Origin: Candidatus Eiseniibacteriota bacterium
GTDB taxonomy: Bacteria > Eisenbacteria > RBG-16-71-46
Reading direction: 5' to 3'
Assembly (NCBI GenBank): GCA_016178725.1
Contig: JACOSV010000026.1
Location: forward strand, 21,965-85,964
DNA: 64,000 bases
The position numbers and the translations under genes are program-made. The notes beneath the pieces were generated by a model. The model saw only the letters and a program-made list of their open reading frames with translations. It had not been told where the DNA came from and made no database searches. Positions 1 to 9,137 of this stretch are shown here, one piece after another. Numbering within the stretch: position 1 is the stretch's first letter; every line of letters starts with the position of its first letter.

Positions 1-1898
1 TGCGCGGCTATCTGGTCGAGACGCGGCTCTCGTTCGTCGCCGCGGGCAACGGCTTCGTGACCAACCGCATCCTGAACCCGCACATCACCTACCTCAACTT
101 GAGCGGCCTCGTCATCAATCCCGGCACGCAGACCGAACGCGACTCAGCGATCGCGACGCCGACGGGCGTGGCGTGGGCGGCGAGCGGCGGGCGCGTCTAC
201 GTCACGTCGTTGAGCACGAACAAGCTCGCGGTGATCGATCCCGCCGGCTCCGGCTCGACCAGCGAGATGAAGGCGCGCATCCGCACCGTCGCGGGCCCGA
301 CCGGCGTCGTGGTGGACGACACGCGCGGCCTCATCTACGTCGTCGGGCGGTTCCACAACCAGCTCGAGACGTTCAGCTCGGCGCACATGGACTCGGTCGC
401 GGTCGCGGCGATCGGATTCGATCCGACCCCCGACGACATCGTGAACGGCCGGAAGTTCTTCTACGGCGGATTCACGTCGAGCCACGGCGACCAGTCGTGC
501 GCGAGCTGCCACGTCTTCGGCGACACCGACAACCTGCCGTGGGACCTCGGCGATCCGGCCGGCGCCTACACGCCGCCGCCCGATCCGAATCCGCTCGGCC
601 TCAAGGGATTCGATCCCGAGAAGGGCCCGATGACGACGCAGACGCTGCGCGGGCTCACGAGCACCGAGCCGCTCCACTGGCGCGGCGACCGCGCGGACCT
701 CTCGGCGTTCAATCCCGCGTTCAACTCGCTGCTCGGGCACAGCACCGGCGCGCTGCCGGACTCGGAGAAGGCGGCGTTCAACGCGTTCGTCATGCCGCTC
801 GCGTATCCGTCGAACCCCAACCAGTACCTCAACGATTCGCTCACCGACGCGCCGTCCGGTCAGCCGAGCGCCGAGCGGGGACGCACGTTCTTCATGAACG
901 AGAACGTGGACGGCCAGCGCTGCGTCGACTGCCACAACCTGCCGGCCGGCACCAACCGCCAGATGGTCGCGGCGACCAGCCTCGGCATCGATCAGGACAT
1001 GAAGGTGCCGCAGCTGCGCAACCTGTACACGAAGACCGGCTTCACCAACGCGGCCGGCGCGACCAAGCGCGCGAGCGGCTACACCAATGACGGCACCATC
1101 GACCATGTCTTCGCGTTCCTGCAGGATCCGCGGTTCAACTTCGGCCCGGTGCAGACCGCCGACGACACGCGCCGCGACGTCGCCGCGTATCTGACGTCGT
1201 TCGACACCGGCACCGCGCCGGCGGTGGGATTCCAGGTCACGTTCAACGGGTCGGGGAATCCGACCGGCGTCGCGCAGGTGGACACGCTCGAGACGGTCTA
1301 CGCCCACAACCGCTGCGACGTCATCGCCAAGGGTACCGTCGGCGGCGTGGCGCGCGGCTGGGTCTACATCGGCGGCGACCAGTGGACCTCGGACGTGTAC
1401 GCCGAGACCAACCTCACGACCGCGCAGTTGATCGCCCTCGCCTCGTCGCCGGCGACCGCGCTCACCGTCACCGGCGTCCCGAAGGGGAGCGGCGTGCGCA
1501 TGGGCGTCGATCGCGACCGCGACGGCTTCCGCGACCGCGACGAGATCGAGGCCGGCAGCGATCCCGCCGATCCCGCGTCGATCCCGCCCGCGGGCGTCGC
1601 CGCCCTCCTGCGGCGCGCGGGCGAAGGGATCGAGATGGTGAAGCCGAATCCCGCGAGCGGCCCGGCCGAGATCGTGTTCTCGATCGCGCGCGCGGGGCGC
1701 ATCGACGTCGAGGTCTACGACCTGCTCGGCCGCGCGACGCGCACGGTCGCGCGCGGCGCGTGGTTCACGGCCGGCCGCCACAGCGTGGTGTGGGACGGCC
1801 GCCGCGACGGCGGGCGCGACGCGGGCACGGGCGTCTACTTCGTGCGCGTGCGCAGCGACCACGGCGCGTGGACGCGCATGGTGACGATGCATCGCTAG
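1..1898 (+). CDS. c-type cytochrome, likely di-heme (two CxxCH), with an N-terminal YVTN-type beta-propeller-like region and a C-terminal FlgD-Ig-like sorting-type domain. The 5' end is partial.
   Basis: The frame is open from the window edge to the first start at 57, so the gene continues upstream. Heme-binding motifs are SCASCH and CVDCHN. The repeat resembling the YVTN beta-propeller motif is 'YVTSLSTNKLAVID'. The C-terminal ~75 aa (EIVFSIARAGRIDVEVYDLLGR...GVYFVRVRS) match the C-terminus of the 1181-aa protein at 18509..22054. Confidence 0.6.
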   Translation, partial: RGYLVETRLSFVAAGNGFVTNRILNPHITYLNLSGLVINPGTQTERDSAIATPTGVAWAASGGRVYVTSLSTNKLAVIDPAGSGSTSEMKARIRTVAGPTGVVVDDTRGLIYVVGRFHNQLETFSSAHMDSVAVAAIGFDPTPDDIVNGRKFFYGGFTSSHGDQSCASCHVFGDTDNLPWDLGDPAGAYTPPPDPNPLGLKGFDPEKGPMTTQTLRGLTSTEPLHWRGDRADLSAFNPAFNSLLGHSTGALPDSEKAAFNAFVMPLAYPSNPNQYLNDSLTDAPSGQPSAERGRTFFMNENVDGQRCVDCHNLPAGTNRQMVAATSLGIDQDMKVPQLRNLYTKTGFTNAAGATKRASGYTNDGTIDHVFAFLQDPRFNFGPVQTADDTRRDVAAYLTSFDTGTAPAVGFQVTFNGSGNPTGVAQVDTLETVYAHNRCDVIAKGTVGGVARGWVYIGGDQWTSDVYAETNLTTAQLIALASSPATALTVTGVPKGSGVRMGVDRDRDGFRDRDEIEAGSDPADPASIPPAGVAALLRRAGEGIEMVKPNPASGPAEIVFSIARAGRIDVEVYDLLGRATRTVARGAWFTAGRHSVVWDGRRDGGRDAGTGVYFVRVRSDHGAWTRMVTMHR

Positions 1899-2077
1899 GC
1901 AGAGGATGTCGGCGGCCTGCCCCCTTGCCGCCCCCACGGACCGCCCGGGCCTCGCGGCTCGGGCGGTTCGGTTTTTCGCGGGCCGCGCGCCTGCCGGCGA
2001 TTGCGCGACGCACGCCCCGATCCCGCGGCACAGGGCTTGCCTTGCGGGGTGGATCTTCACGTCTCCACGGAGGGGCC

Positions 2078-3628
2078 ATGTCGAGATTCGACCTGCGTGA
2101 CGTTTCGGAGCGCCTCTCGCGCTCGCGCGACACGAAGGCCGTCGTCTTCGAATTCCTGCGCGCGCTGGACGCTTCGCGGCCCGACTGGCGCGCCTCGCTC
2201 GCCTTCTACGAGGTCAGCGCCGACGCGTTCGTGGACGTTTTCGAGATCGAGGCCGGCCGACTGATCCGCCGCGAGATCGTCGTGCCCGCCAACGAGCTGC
2301 CCGAGCGGCTCGTGCGAAAGCTCTTCGACGCCAGTGCATTTTTCAATGCCCGCGAGAAGCGGTCGCTGTTCTCGGCCGGGCTGGGCGCCGCGCCCTACTA
2401 CGAGGCCGAGGAGCGCGACGCTTCGCAGCTCATGCCGCTGACCGTGCTGCCGGACTGGCGCGCGTGCATCTGCGTTCCGCTCGGCGACCAGTCGGACCTC
2501 ATGGGCATCCTGGTGCTGACCAGTGCCAAGAAGAATGCCTTCGGCGGCCGCGCGATCAGCGAGATCCTGCCGGTCAAGAGCCTCGCGACCGCCGCACTCG
2601 CGAACCACCTGCGCCGCGCCGCGTACATGGACGCCGCGGCGGTCCGGCCCGCGGCCGAGACGATCACGGACGTCGAGCCGGCGCCGGTCGCGCCGCTCAA
2701 GCTCGATCACGTGCCGGCGGCGGGGGATGACGCGCGCGAGGACGCGCCCGCCGAGATCGCCTCGTACGAGGAAGTCCCGGCGCCCGACGAAATCCCGGCG
2801 CACGCCGAGATGGTCGCGCACGACGGGCCGGCGATGCCCGACGCCGAGCCCGCGATCGAGCTCCGCGGCCAGCTCGAGGACCTGACGCGGCGCTCGCAGC
2901 ACGTGGACGAGGAGAACCGCGCGCACACGCAGATGATCGAGAACCTCACGAGCGAGTACGCGGAGCGTCAGCGCGGCGCCGACGAGTATCGCGAGGAGCT
3001 CGATCGCGTGAAGGTGACGATGGAAGAGCTCGAGGAGCAGACGGTCGCCGCGACCGAGCACCTCTCGACCGCCTACACGGAGCTCAACGACGCGAGCTGG
3101 GAGATGCAGGACCTCGAACGCCGCGTGGAATTCGCGCGCCGCCTGCTGCGGTTCGTGAGCGAGGAGCCCGACGAGCGCACGCTCACGCACAAGGTCGTGA
3201 CCTGGCTGTGCCAGGAGATCGGCATCGACCGCTGCAGCCTGATGACGCTCGATCAGAGCCGCGAGACGCTCGAGATCAGCGCGCAGTGCGGGCTCGAGGC
3301 CGACCTCGTCGGCCGCGTGCACGTGCGCGTCGGCCAGGGTGTCTCGGGCTGGGTGGCGCACAACCGCAAGCCGCTGCTCGTGCGCATGCGCAGCCAGGCC
3401 GACGTGACGCCCGAGCCGCAGGCGGACACGTACAACTCGCCCTCGTTCATTGCCGTGCCCGTGGTGCACAACGGACGGCTCTACGGCGTGCTCAACTTGA
3501 GCAACAAGCAGGGCGGCGAGCTGTTCAACGGCGTGGACTTCGACTGCGCGTCGCTCGCGGGCGCGGTGCTGGCGGTGCGGCTCGCGAGCTGCGAGCAGGC
3601 GAACGCCGCCTCGGCCTGGGCGGCGTGA
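2078..3628 (+). CDS. Tandem GAF-domain protein with an Ala/Pro/Glu-rich linker and a coiled-coil; no recognisable output domain.
   Basis: GGAGGGG precedes an ATG at 2078, inside the longer 1382..3628 frame. The C-terminal GAF signature is VSGWVAHNRKPLL...FIAVPVVHNGRLYGVLNLSN. The N-terminal 190 aa are also GAF-like. Confidence 0.6.
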   Translation: MSRFDLRDVSERLSRSRDTKAVVFEFLRALDASRPDWRASLAFYEVSADAFVDVFEIEAGRLIRREIVVPANELPERLVRKLFDASAFFNAREKRSLFSAGLGAAPYYEAEERDASQLMPLTVLPDWRACICVPLGDQSDLMGILVLTSAKKNAFGGRAISEILPVKSLATAALANHLRRAAYMDAAAVRPAAETITDVEPAPVAPLKLDHVPAAGDDAREDAPAEIASYEEVPAPDEIPAHAEMVAHDGPAMPDAEPAIELRGQLEDLTRRSQHVDEENRAHTQMIENLTSEYAERQRGADEYREELDRVKVTMEELEEQTVAATEHLSTAYTELNDASWEMQDLERRVEFARRLLRFVSEEPDERTLTHKVVTWLCQEIGIDRCSLMTLDQSRETLEISAQCGLEADLVGRVHVRVGQGVSGWVAHNRKPLLVRMRSQADVTPEPQADTYNSPSFIAVPVVHNGRLYGVLNLSNKQGGELFNGVDFDCASLAGAVLAVRLASCEQANAASAWAA

Positions 3629-3683
3629 CACGTCGCTGACCCAGGGGTCAGCACTCCAGCAGCGCTGTGCTAGCCTCGCGAGC

Positions 3684-6062
3684 ATGACCGTTCCCGTCAT
3701 GCGCGAGGCGAGCGCCGGACATCTCCCGGTGCTCCACGACGACCCCGGCTGCCTCGTGATCCTCTCCGAGCGGCTGCGCGAGAGTCCCGGCATCGTCGCC
3801 ATCGAAGCCGATTTCGGCGCCGGCACGCTCACCGTGCGCTACCAGCCGTCGCTGGTGGACGCCGAGCGCCTGAACGCCCTCGCCGAAGAGACCGGCGCGA
3901 TGTTCGCTCGGCGCGTGACCTACTGCGAGCGCCGCGAAGCGCTCGGGTCGTGCGAGGAGTGCGCGCTGCGGCTCGGCGCGCTCGCGCCCGAGGCGAGCGG
4001 CGAGTTCGCCGCCACCGCCGAACGCGGCCGCGTCGGACTGTCGCGCCGCCCGATCCCGCGCGAAACCGCCGAGCTGGTGCGCCCGCTGGCGCGAGCGAAG
4101 CCGTGGGGCGCGACGTTCTCGAACGCCGAGATCGACGCCGCGGCGAAGAGCCGCGCCATGGCGGTGCTCACCGGCACGTGCCTCGTCCTGCTCCTCGGCG
4201 GCATGGTGCTCGAGCGCATCGCGCTGCCGCCGATCGTGTCGCGCGCCGCCTTCGCGCTCGCGGCGCTCTCCGGCGGATGGTTCGCGTTGCGCTCGACGGT
4301 GCGCGCGCTGGCGCGGTTCCGCTTCGACGTGAACCTCCTCATGATCCTCGCCGCGGTCGGCGCGGGGGCGATCGGCTACGTCTTCGAAGGCGCCGTGCTG
4401 ATGTTCCTGTTCTCGTTGAGCAACACGCTCGAGGTCTACACGATGGGCCACACGCGCCGCGCGCTGCGGGCGCTGCTGCGGTTGCGCCCGGCGCGGGCGC
4501 TCGTGCTGCGCGACGGCCGCGAGGTCGAGGTCGAGGCCGAGGACGTGCGCGTCGGCGAGCGCGTGATCGTGAAGCCGGGCGAGGCGGTGCCGGTGGACGG
4601 CACGGTGCTCGCGGGCGCGTCGCTCATCGATCAGAGCAGCCTGACCGGCGAGTCGGTGCCGGTCGAGAAGGCCGTCGGCGACCGCGTGTTCGCGGGCACG
4701 ATCAACCAGCAGGGATCGCTCGAGGTGCTGACGAGCCACGCCGCGGGCGACACGACGCTCGCGCGCATCGTGCAGCTCGTCGAAGACGCGCAGGAGCAGA
4801 AGTCGCGCACCGAGGAGCTGGCGCAGTGGGTGGGGCGCTACTACACGATCGCGGTGATGATCGGTGCGGCGCTGATGATCGCGATCCCGCCCTTCGTGAT
4901 GGGCCGCGCGTTCGCGCCGTCGTTCTACCGCGCGATGGTGCTGCTGGTGGTGGCCTCGCCGTGCGCGCTGGTGATCGCGACGCCCGCCACGGTGCTGTCG
5001 GCGATCGCCAACGCGGCGCGCAACGGCATCCTGTTCAAGGGCGGACGCTTCATCGAGGCGCTCGGGCGCGTGAAGGCGGTCGCGTTCGACAAGACCGGCA
5101 CGCTGACCCAGGGGCGCTTCGAAGTCACCGACGTGGTGGCGCTCGCGGGCGGAACGGATCGCGACGTGCTGCGCTGGGCCGCGAGCGCCGAGAAGCGCTC
5201 GCAGCATCCGCTGGCGCAGGCGGTGGTGCGCGCCGCGGAGGCGCGCGACATCGCGATCACGCCCGCCGAGCAGCTCACGTCGCACCTCGGCAAGGGGCTG
5301 GTGGCGACCGTCGGCGCCGTGCGCGTCGAAGTGGGAACGCCCGAGCTGTTCGAATCGCTCGGCACGCCGGCGCCGGCCGCCGGGGTCGAACGCATCGCCG
5401 CGTTCCGGAGCGAAGCGCGCACGGCGATGCTGGTGCGCTGGTCGTCCGCCTCGCCGGGGAACGGCTCCGGACCGGTCGGATGGGGTGTGATCGCGGCGGC
5501 CGATCAGGTGCGGCCCGCGGCGGCGCCGACGCTCGCGTCACTCAAGCGCCTCGGCATCCGGAGCGCGGTGCTGCTCTCGGGCGACAGTCCGCCGACAGTC
5601 GAGGTGATCGCGCGGCGCACCGGCGTGGACGAGCATTTCGGCGGCCTGCTGCCCGAGGACAAGGTGCGCGTGATCGGCGCGCTCGAGCAGCGCCACGGCG
5701 ACGTGGCGATGGTCGGCGACGGCGTCAACGACGCGCCGGCGCTGGCGCGCGCGACGGTCGGCATCGCGATGGGCGGGATCGGCAGCGACGCGGCGATGGA
5801 GAGCGCCGACATCGTGCTGATGAGCGACGATCTGACCGCGCTGCCCTACGCGGTGTCGCTTGCGCAGCGCGCCCGGCGCGTGGTGATCCAGAACGTGTCC
5901 ATCGCCGCGGGCGTGATGCTGGTGCTGGTGACGATGGTGTTCATCGGCGCCCAGACGCCGTTCGGCGCGCTCAAGCTGCCGGTCGCGGTCTCGGGCCACG
6001 AGGGGAGCACCGTCGTGGTCATCCTGAACGGGCTCCGCCTGCTGCGCGGCCGGCGCGGCTGA
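3684..6062 (+). CDS. Heavy-metal translocating P1B-type ATPase, Zn/Cd/Pb type.
   Basis: Motifs: transmembrane CPC (SPCALVIATP), DKTGTLT phosphorylation site, GDGVNDAPAL, C-terminal HEGSTVVVILNGLRLL. The N-terminal metal-binding region is non-canonical: CEEC replaces GMTCxxC. Confidence 0.85.
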   Translation: MTVPVMREASAGHLPVLHDDPGCLVILSERLRESPGIVAIEADFGAGTLTVRYQPSLVDAERLNALAEETGAMFARRVTYCERREALGSCEECALRLGALAPEASGEFAATAERGRVGLSRRPIPRETAELVRPLARAKPWGATFSNAEIDAAAKSRAMAVLTGTCLVLLLGGMVLERIALPPIVSRAAFALAALSGGWFALRSTVRALARFRFDVNLLMILAAVGAGAIGYVFEGAVLMFLFSLSNTLEVYTMGHTRRALRALLRLRPARALVLRDGREVEVEAEDVRVGERVIVKPGEAVPVDGTVLAGASLIDQSSLTGESVPVEKAVGDRVFAGTINQQGSLEVLTSHAAGDTTLARIVQLVEDAQEQKSRTEELAQWVGRYYTIAVMIGAALMIAIPPFVMGRAFAPSFYRAMVLLVVASPCALVIATPATVLSAIANAARNGILFKGGRFIEALGRVKAVAFDKTGTLTQGRFEVTDVVALAGGTDRDVLRWAASAEKRSQHPLAQAVVRAAEARDIAITPAEQLTSHLGKGLVATVGAVRVEVGTPELFESLGTPAPAAGVERIAAFRSEARTAMLVRWSSASPGNGSGPVGWGVIAAADQVRPAAAPTLASLKRLGIRSAVLLSGDSPPTVEVIARRTGVDEHFGGLLPEDKVRVIGALEQRHGDVAMVGDGVNDAPALARATVGIAMGGIGSDAAMESADIVLMSDDLTALPYAVSLAQRARRVVIQNVSIAAGVMLVLVTMVFIGAQTPFGALKLPVAVSGHEGSTVVVILNGLRLLRGRRG

Positions 6063-6114
6063 TCGTTCGCCGCGCGCCGCCGGGCGCCGTGACTTCCCGC
6101 GGGTCGCGCCCGCG

Positions 6115-6618
6115 CTACGGCCTGTTGCGCGTCACCTTCCAGCTGCCGGTCTGCCGGGGCCCGTTCGACTCCGTGCGCTCCGTCACGTACCAGCCCTGGA
6201 TCGTGTCGCCGTGGATGCTCCCGACGAACCGCGTGCGCACCGGACAGTCGCAATCGGGATCACGATAGGGCCGGAGCTCACCGCTCACGCCGCCCCTGGC
6301 CGTGCGCACGAACGCGATCACGAGCACCTGCGGCGCGGGCGGCATCGGCAGGCCCATCGACGGCGTCGCGGGCGACGGCTCGTTGACGCGCCGCGCCGGG
6401 ATCATCACGACGTCGCCGAACGCGGTGTCGGCCGCCGCGGTCAGCCGGAACACGATGCTGCCGCTCCGCCCGTTCATGTCGCCGTGGTATTCGCCGCCCC
6501 ACTCGCCGGCGAGCAGCCGTACGTCGGCAGGCGCGCCGACGATCGGGACCGGCGCGGGAGCGCTCGAGCACCCGGCCGCGATCAGGATCGCGGCCGCGGC
6601 GGCGAGACGACGGATCAC
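6115..6618 (-). CDS. Hypothetical lipoprotein.
   Basis: GTG start overlaps the stop of the upstream gene as GTGA. Signal peptide with lipobox (LIAAGCSS). The mature part (GEWGGEYHGDMNGRSGSIVF...CDCPVRTRFVGS) is not Arg-rich, unlike the N-terminal extension of the long ORF 6115..7077. Confidence 0.45.
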   Translation of the reverse strand: MIRRLAAAAAILIAAGCSSAPAPVPIVGAPADVRLLAGEWGGEYHGDMNGRSGSIVFRLTAAADTAFGDVVMIPARRVNEPSPATPSMGLPMPPAPQVLVIAFVRTARGGVSGELRPYRDPDCDCPVRTRFVGSIHGDTIQGWYVTERTESNGPRQTGSWKVTRNRP

Positions 6619-7307
6619 GGCAGTTCCGTGACGACCACGTTGTCGTAGAAGACCGTGCACTCGCCGACGCCGCCGGTGTACGCGGCAAGCGCGATGCGCC
6701 CCGCGTGCGGCGAGCGCTTGGCGTCGGGCCGGTCGATGAGCAGCGTGCCGTTCACCCACACGCGCAGACTCTGATCCCGCACCTCGACGCGGATGTGGTG
6801 CCACGCGCCGTTGGCGTTCACGACGCGCGCCTTGCCCAGCGACCACTCGCGCACGTTGACGATCACGTCCTGATAGCCGGGCCCGCGCAGGTCGATGCCG
6901 ACGCCGGTCTTCTTGTCCGCGACGCGCACCGCGACGCCCTTGTCGACCCCGCGCATCGCGCACACGTCGAGATCGACCGCGTAGTTGGTCCAGCCGTCGG
7001 AGCCCGCGAACAGGAACGAACGCTCCTGGCGCCGGTCGGGCAGATCGGCGCGGAGCGCGCCGTTGCGCACGGTCCACACGCCCGCGCGGTCCGCCTCCCA
7101 GCCGGAAAGTGAGTCGCTGCTGAAGTCATCCTGAAAGAGCACGTGGCCCTTGGGCGGGAGCGTTCGCGGCGAGAGCGGCGGCATCGCGAGCCGCGCGGGA
7201 TCGAACGACGCGGCGCCGACGGCGAAGAGGAAGCCCGGGACGAGCAGGCCGCGGCGGAGGAGGGCGCGCATCGCGATCAAACTGGCGGCAATCGCGGTGC
7301 GAGTCAA
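6615..7307 (-). CDS. Secreted DUF1080 protein (3-keto-disaccharide hydrolase-like / LamG-like domain).
   Basis: Signal peptide at the N-terminus. Typical DUF1080 layout: WEADRAGVWTVRNGAL...GWTNYAVDLD...HIRVEVRDQSLRVWVNGTLL...ECTVFYDNVVVTEL. Confidence 0.55.
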   Translation of the reverse strand: MTRTAIAASLIAMRALLRRGLLVPGFLFAVGAASFDPARLAMPPLSPRTLPPKGHVLFQDDFSSDSLSGWEADRAGVWTVRNGALRADLPDRRQERSFLFAGSDGWTNYAVDLDVCAMRGVDKGVAVRVADKKTGVGIDLRGPGYQDVIVNVREWSLGKARVVNANGAWHHIRVEVRDQSLRVWVNGTLLIDRPDAKRSPHAGRIALAAYTGGVGECTVFYDNVVVTELP

Positions 7308-7326
7308 GGACTGCTAGGCTGCGCGC

Positions 7327-8247
7327 ATGTCGATCGAGGGCCGATTCATCGAGGTGATCGGCGTGCCGGTGGATCTCGGCGCGGGCCGGCGCGGCGTGGA
7401 CATGGGCCCCTCGGCGATCCGCGTCGCCGATCTCGAGGCGCGGCTCGAGCAGCTCGGCCATCAGGTCGAGGACCGCGGCGATCTCGACGTGATGATCCCC
7501 GAGACGCAGGCGGTGGGCGAGAGCAAGCTGCGCTACAAGGAGCCGATCCTCGCGATGTGCGACCGGTTGAGTGCGGCGGTCGAGGAGGCGCTCGGCCGCG
7601 GACGGCTGCCGCTCGTGCTCGGCGGTGACCACTCGATCGCGATCGGCTCGATCGCCGGCTCGGCGTCCCACTACGCGCGCGAGGGCGCGGCACTCGGCCT
7701 GATCTGGTTCGACGCGCATGGCGACGCGAACACGCCCGAGACGACGCCGTCCGGCAACATCCACGGCATGGCGCTCGCGATCGCGCTCGGCCTCGGCGAT
7801 CCCGATCTCGTCCGCCTCGGCGGCCGCACGCCCAAGATCCGGCCGCGCAACACCGCGCTGATCGGGCTCCGCGACGTGGACCCCGGCGAGCGCGAGACGC
7901 TGAAGAAGGTCGGCATCGAGGTCTACACGATGCGCGACATCGACGAGCGCGGCATGCGCGACGTCGTGGACGAGGCGATCCGGATCGCGAGCGACGGCAC
8001 CGCCGGCATCCATCTCTCGTTCGACCTCGACGTCGTGGATCCCGAGGACGCGCCCGGCACGGGGACGCCGGTGTGGGGCGGCATCACGTACCGCGAGGCG
8101 CACCTGGCGATGGAGCTGGTGAGCGACCGGGCCGAGATCGTGGCGATCGACCTCGTCGAGGTGAACCCGGTGCTCGACACGCAGAACATGACCGGTGTGC
8201 TGGCCGCCGAACTCGCCCAGAGCGCGCTCGGCAAGCGGATCTTCTAG
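7327..8247 (+). CDS. rocF: Arginase.
   Basis: 306 aa. Binuclear-Mn motifs of the ureohydrolase family: GGDHSIAIG, DAHGDANTPETTPSGNIHGM, SFDLDVVDP. Confidence 0.85.
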   Translation: MSIEGRFIEVIGVPVDLGAGRRGVDMGPSAIRVADLEARLEQLGHQVEDRGDLDVMIPETQAVGESKLRYKEPILAMCDRLSAAVEEALGRGRLPLVLGGDHSIAIGSIAGSASHYAREGAALGLIWFDAHGDANTPETTPSGNIHGMALAIALGLGDPDLVRLGGRTPKIRPRNTALIGLRDVDPGERETLKKVGIEVYTMRDIDERGMRDVVDEAIRIASDGTAGIHLSFDLDVVDPEDAPGTGTPVWGGITYREAHLAMELVSDRAEIVAIDLVEVNPVLDTQNMTGVLAAELAQSALGKRIF

Positions 8248-8280
8248 AGGACACGGCGTCCGTCGCCGGCCGGCGTCCTC
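8247..8280 (+). terminator. GC-rich imperfect palindrome downstream of the arginase stop; terminator-like.
   Basis: GAGGAC...GTCCTC arms enclose the 12-nt perfect palindrome CGCCGGCCGGCG (8263-8274). No clear U-tract follows. Confidence 0.25.
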
Positions 8281-8341
8281 GGGCGCCCGCGCCAGTCCGC
8301 GCTTGACGCGGCGGCCCCGCGGCCCGCATCATCTCCACGCG

Positions 8342-8434
8342 ATGAACCCAATCCTCATGGCGATGCCGATGTGTTGTTGCCACATGCTCGAGGGGAGCAT
8401 GCGGTATCGGCGCGCTGGGGGACGCAGAGACTAG
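8342..8434 (+). CDS. Candidate Met/Cys-rich leader peptide, 30 codons.
   Basis: ATG AAC CCA ATC CTC ATG GCG ATG CCG ATG TGT TGT TGC CAC ATG CTC GAG GGG AGC ATG ... TAG translates to MNPILMAMPMCCCHMLEGSMRYRRAGGRRD. That is 6 Met and 3 consecutive Cys codons. It lies in the 5' leader of the FMN-reductase/LLM-monooxygenase operon and is followed by a terminator hairpin. The region is AT-richer than its surroundings. Confidence 0.35.
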   Translation: MNPILMAMPMCCCHMLEGSMRYRRAGGRRD

Positions 8435-8469
8435 TCCCGGGGCTCTAAGCCCCGACAGCAGACCGAGAC

Positions 8470-8512
8470 GACCGCGGCTCCCACTCCGGTGGGGGCCGCG
8501 GTCGTTTTCATT
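8470..8512 (+). terminator. Intrinsic terminator/attenuator hairpin immediately upstream of the FMN reductase RBS.
   Basis: GACCGCGGC-tcccactccggtggg-GGCCGCGGTC: a perfect 9-bp outer stem plus a nested CCCAC/GTGGG stem, followed by GTTTTCATTT. GGAGG and the ATG at 8525 come directly after. Confidence 0.45.
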
Positions 8513-8524
8513 TCGGAGGCAAGC

Positions 8525-9130
8525 ATGAGCGTGATCGCACAGCTGTCGTCGTTGCGCGCCATCGGACTCTCGGCGAGTCCCGGCGGCGCGTCGTCCCGGT
8601 CGCATCAACTGCTCGCCGCCGCACTCGCGCGGCTCGGCGAGCTCGGCTTCGCCGGCGCGATCGTCGACCTCGCCGCGTTCCCGGCCGACGCGCTGCTCGG
8701 CCGCGCGCGCGATCGCGCGCTCGACCGCGCGATCGCCGATCTCGCCGCGGCGCAGGTCGTGGTCGTGGCGACGCCGGTCTACCGCGCGTCGTACAGCGGG
8801 CTGCTCAAGGTGTTCCTCGACCAGCTCGACGAGGATGCACTCGCCGGCAAGGTCGCGGTGCCGATCGCCTCGGGCGGCGGACCCGCGCATCTGCTCGCCA
8901 TCGACCACGGGCTCCGCCCGCTGCTCACGAGCCTCGGCGCCACGGTCGTCGCCGCGGGCGTCTACGCGACGCCGGCGGGATTCACGGACGGCGTGCCGGG
9001 CGGGGCACTGCTCGACCGGCTCGACCGCGCGCTCACCGAGGCCGTCACGCTCGCCACCGCGGCGATCACGCGCCGCGATTTCGCGCCGGCCGCGGCGCAC
9101 CGACACGCACCGCTCGCACTGGAAAGGTAG
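8525..9130 (+). CDS. NAD(P)H-dependent FMN reductase (SsuE/MsuE-like).
   Basis: GGAGGCAAGC then ATG. Flavodoxin-like FMN reductase pattern: IGLSASPG...S.S, VVVATPVYRASYSGLLKVFLD. Confidence 0.7.
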   Translation: MSVIAQLSSLRAIGLSASPGGASSRSHQLLAAALARLGELGFAGAIVDLAAFPADALLGRARDRALDRAIADLAAAQVVVVATPVYRASYSGLLKVFLDQLDEDALAGKVAVPIASGGGPAHLLAIDHGLRPLLTSLGATVVAAGVYATPAGFTDGVPGGALLDRLDRALTEAVTLATAAITRRDFAPAAAHRHAPLALER

Positions 9131-9137
9131 GTTCGCC

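Noticed and set aside
8290-8525. Considered an FMN (RFN) or other known riboswitch aptamer in the structured leader before the FMN reductase.
   Set aside because: Only a weak CCGACAG resemblance was found. The conserved RFN blocks (AGGAUxG, GGAUG, UCCC loops) are absent. The leader-peptide plus terminator interpretation fits better.
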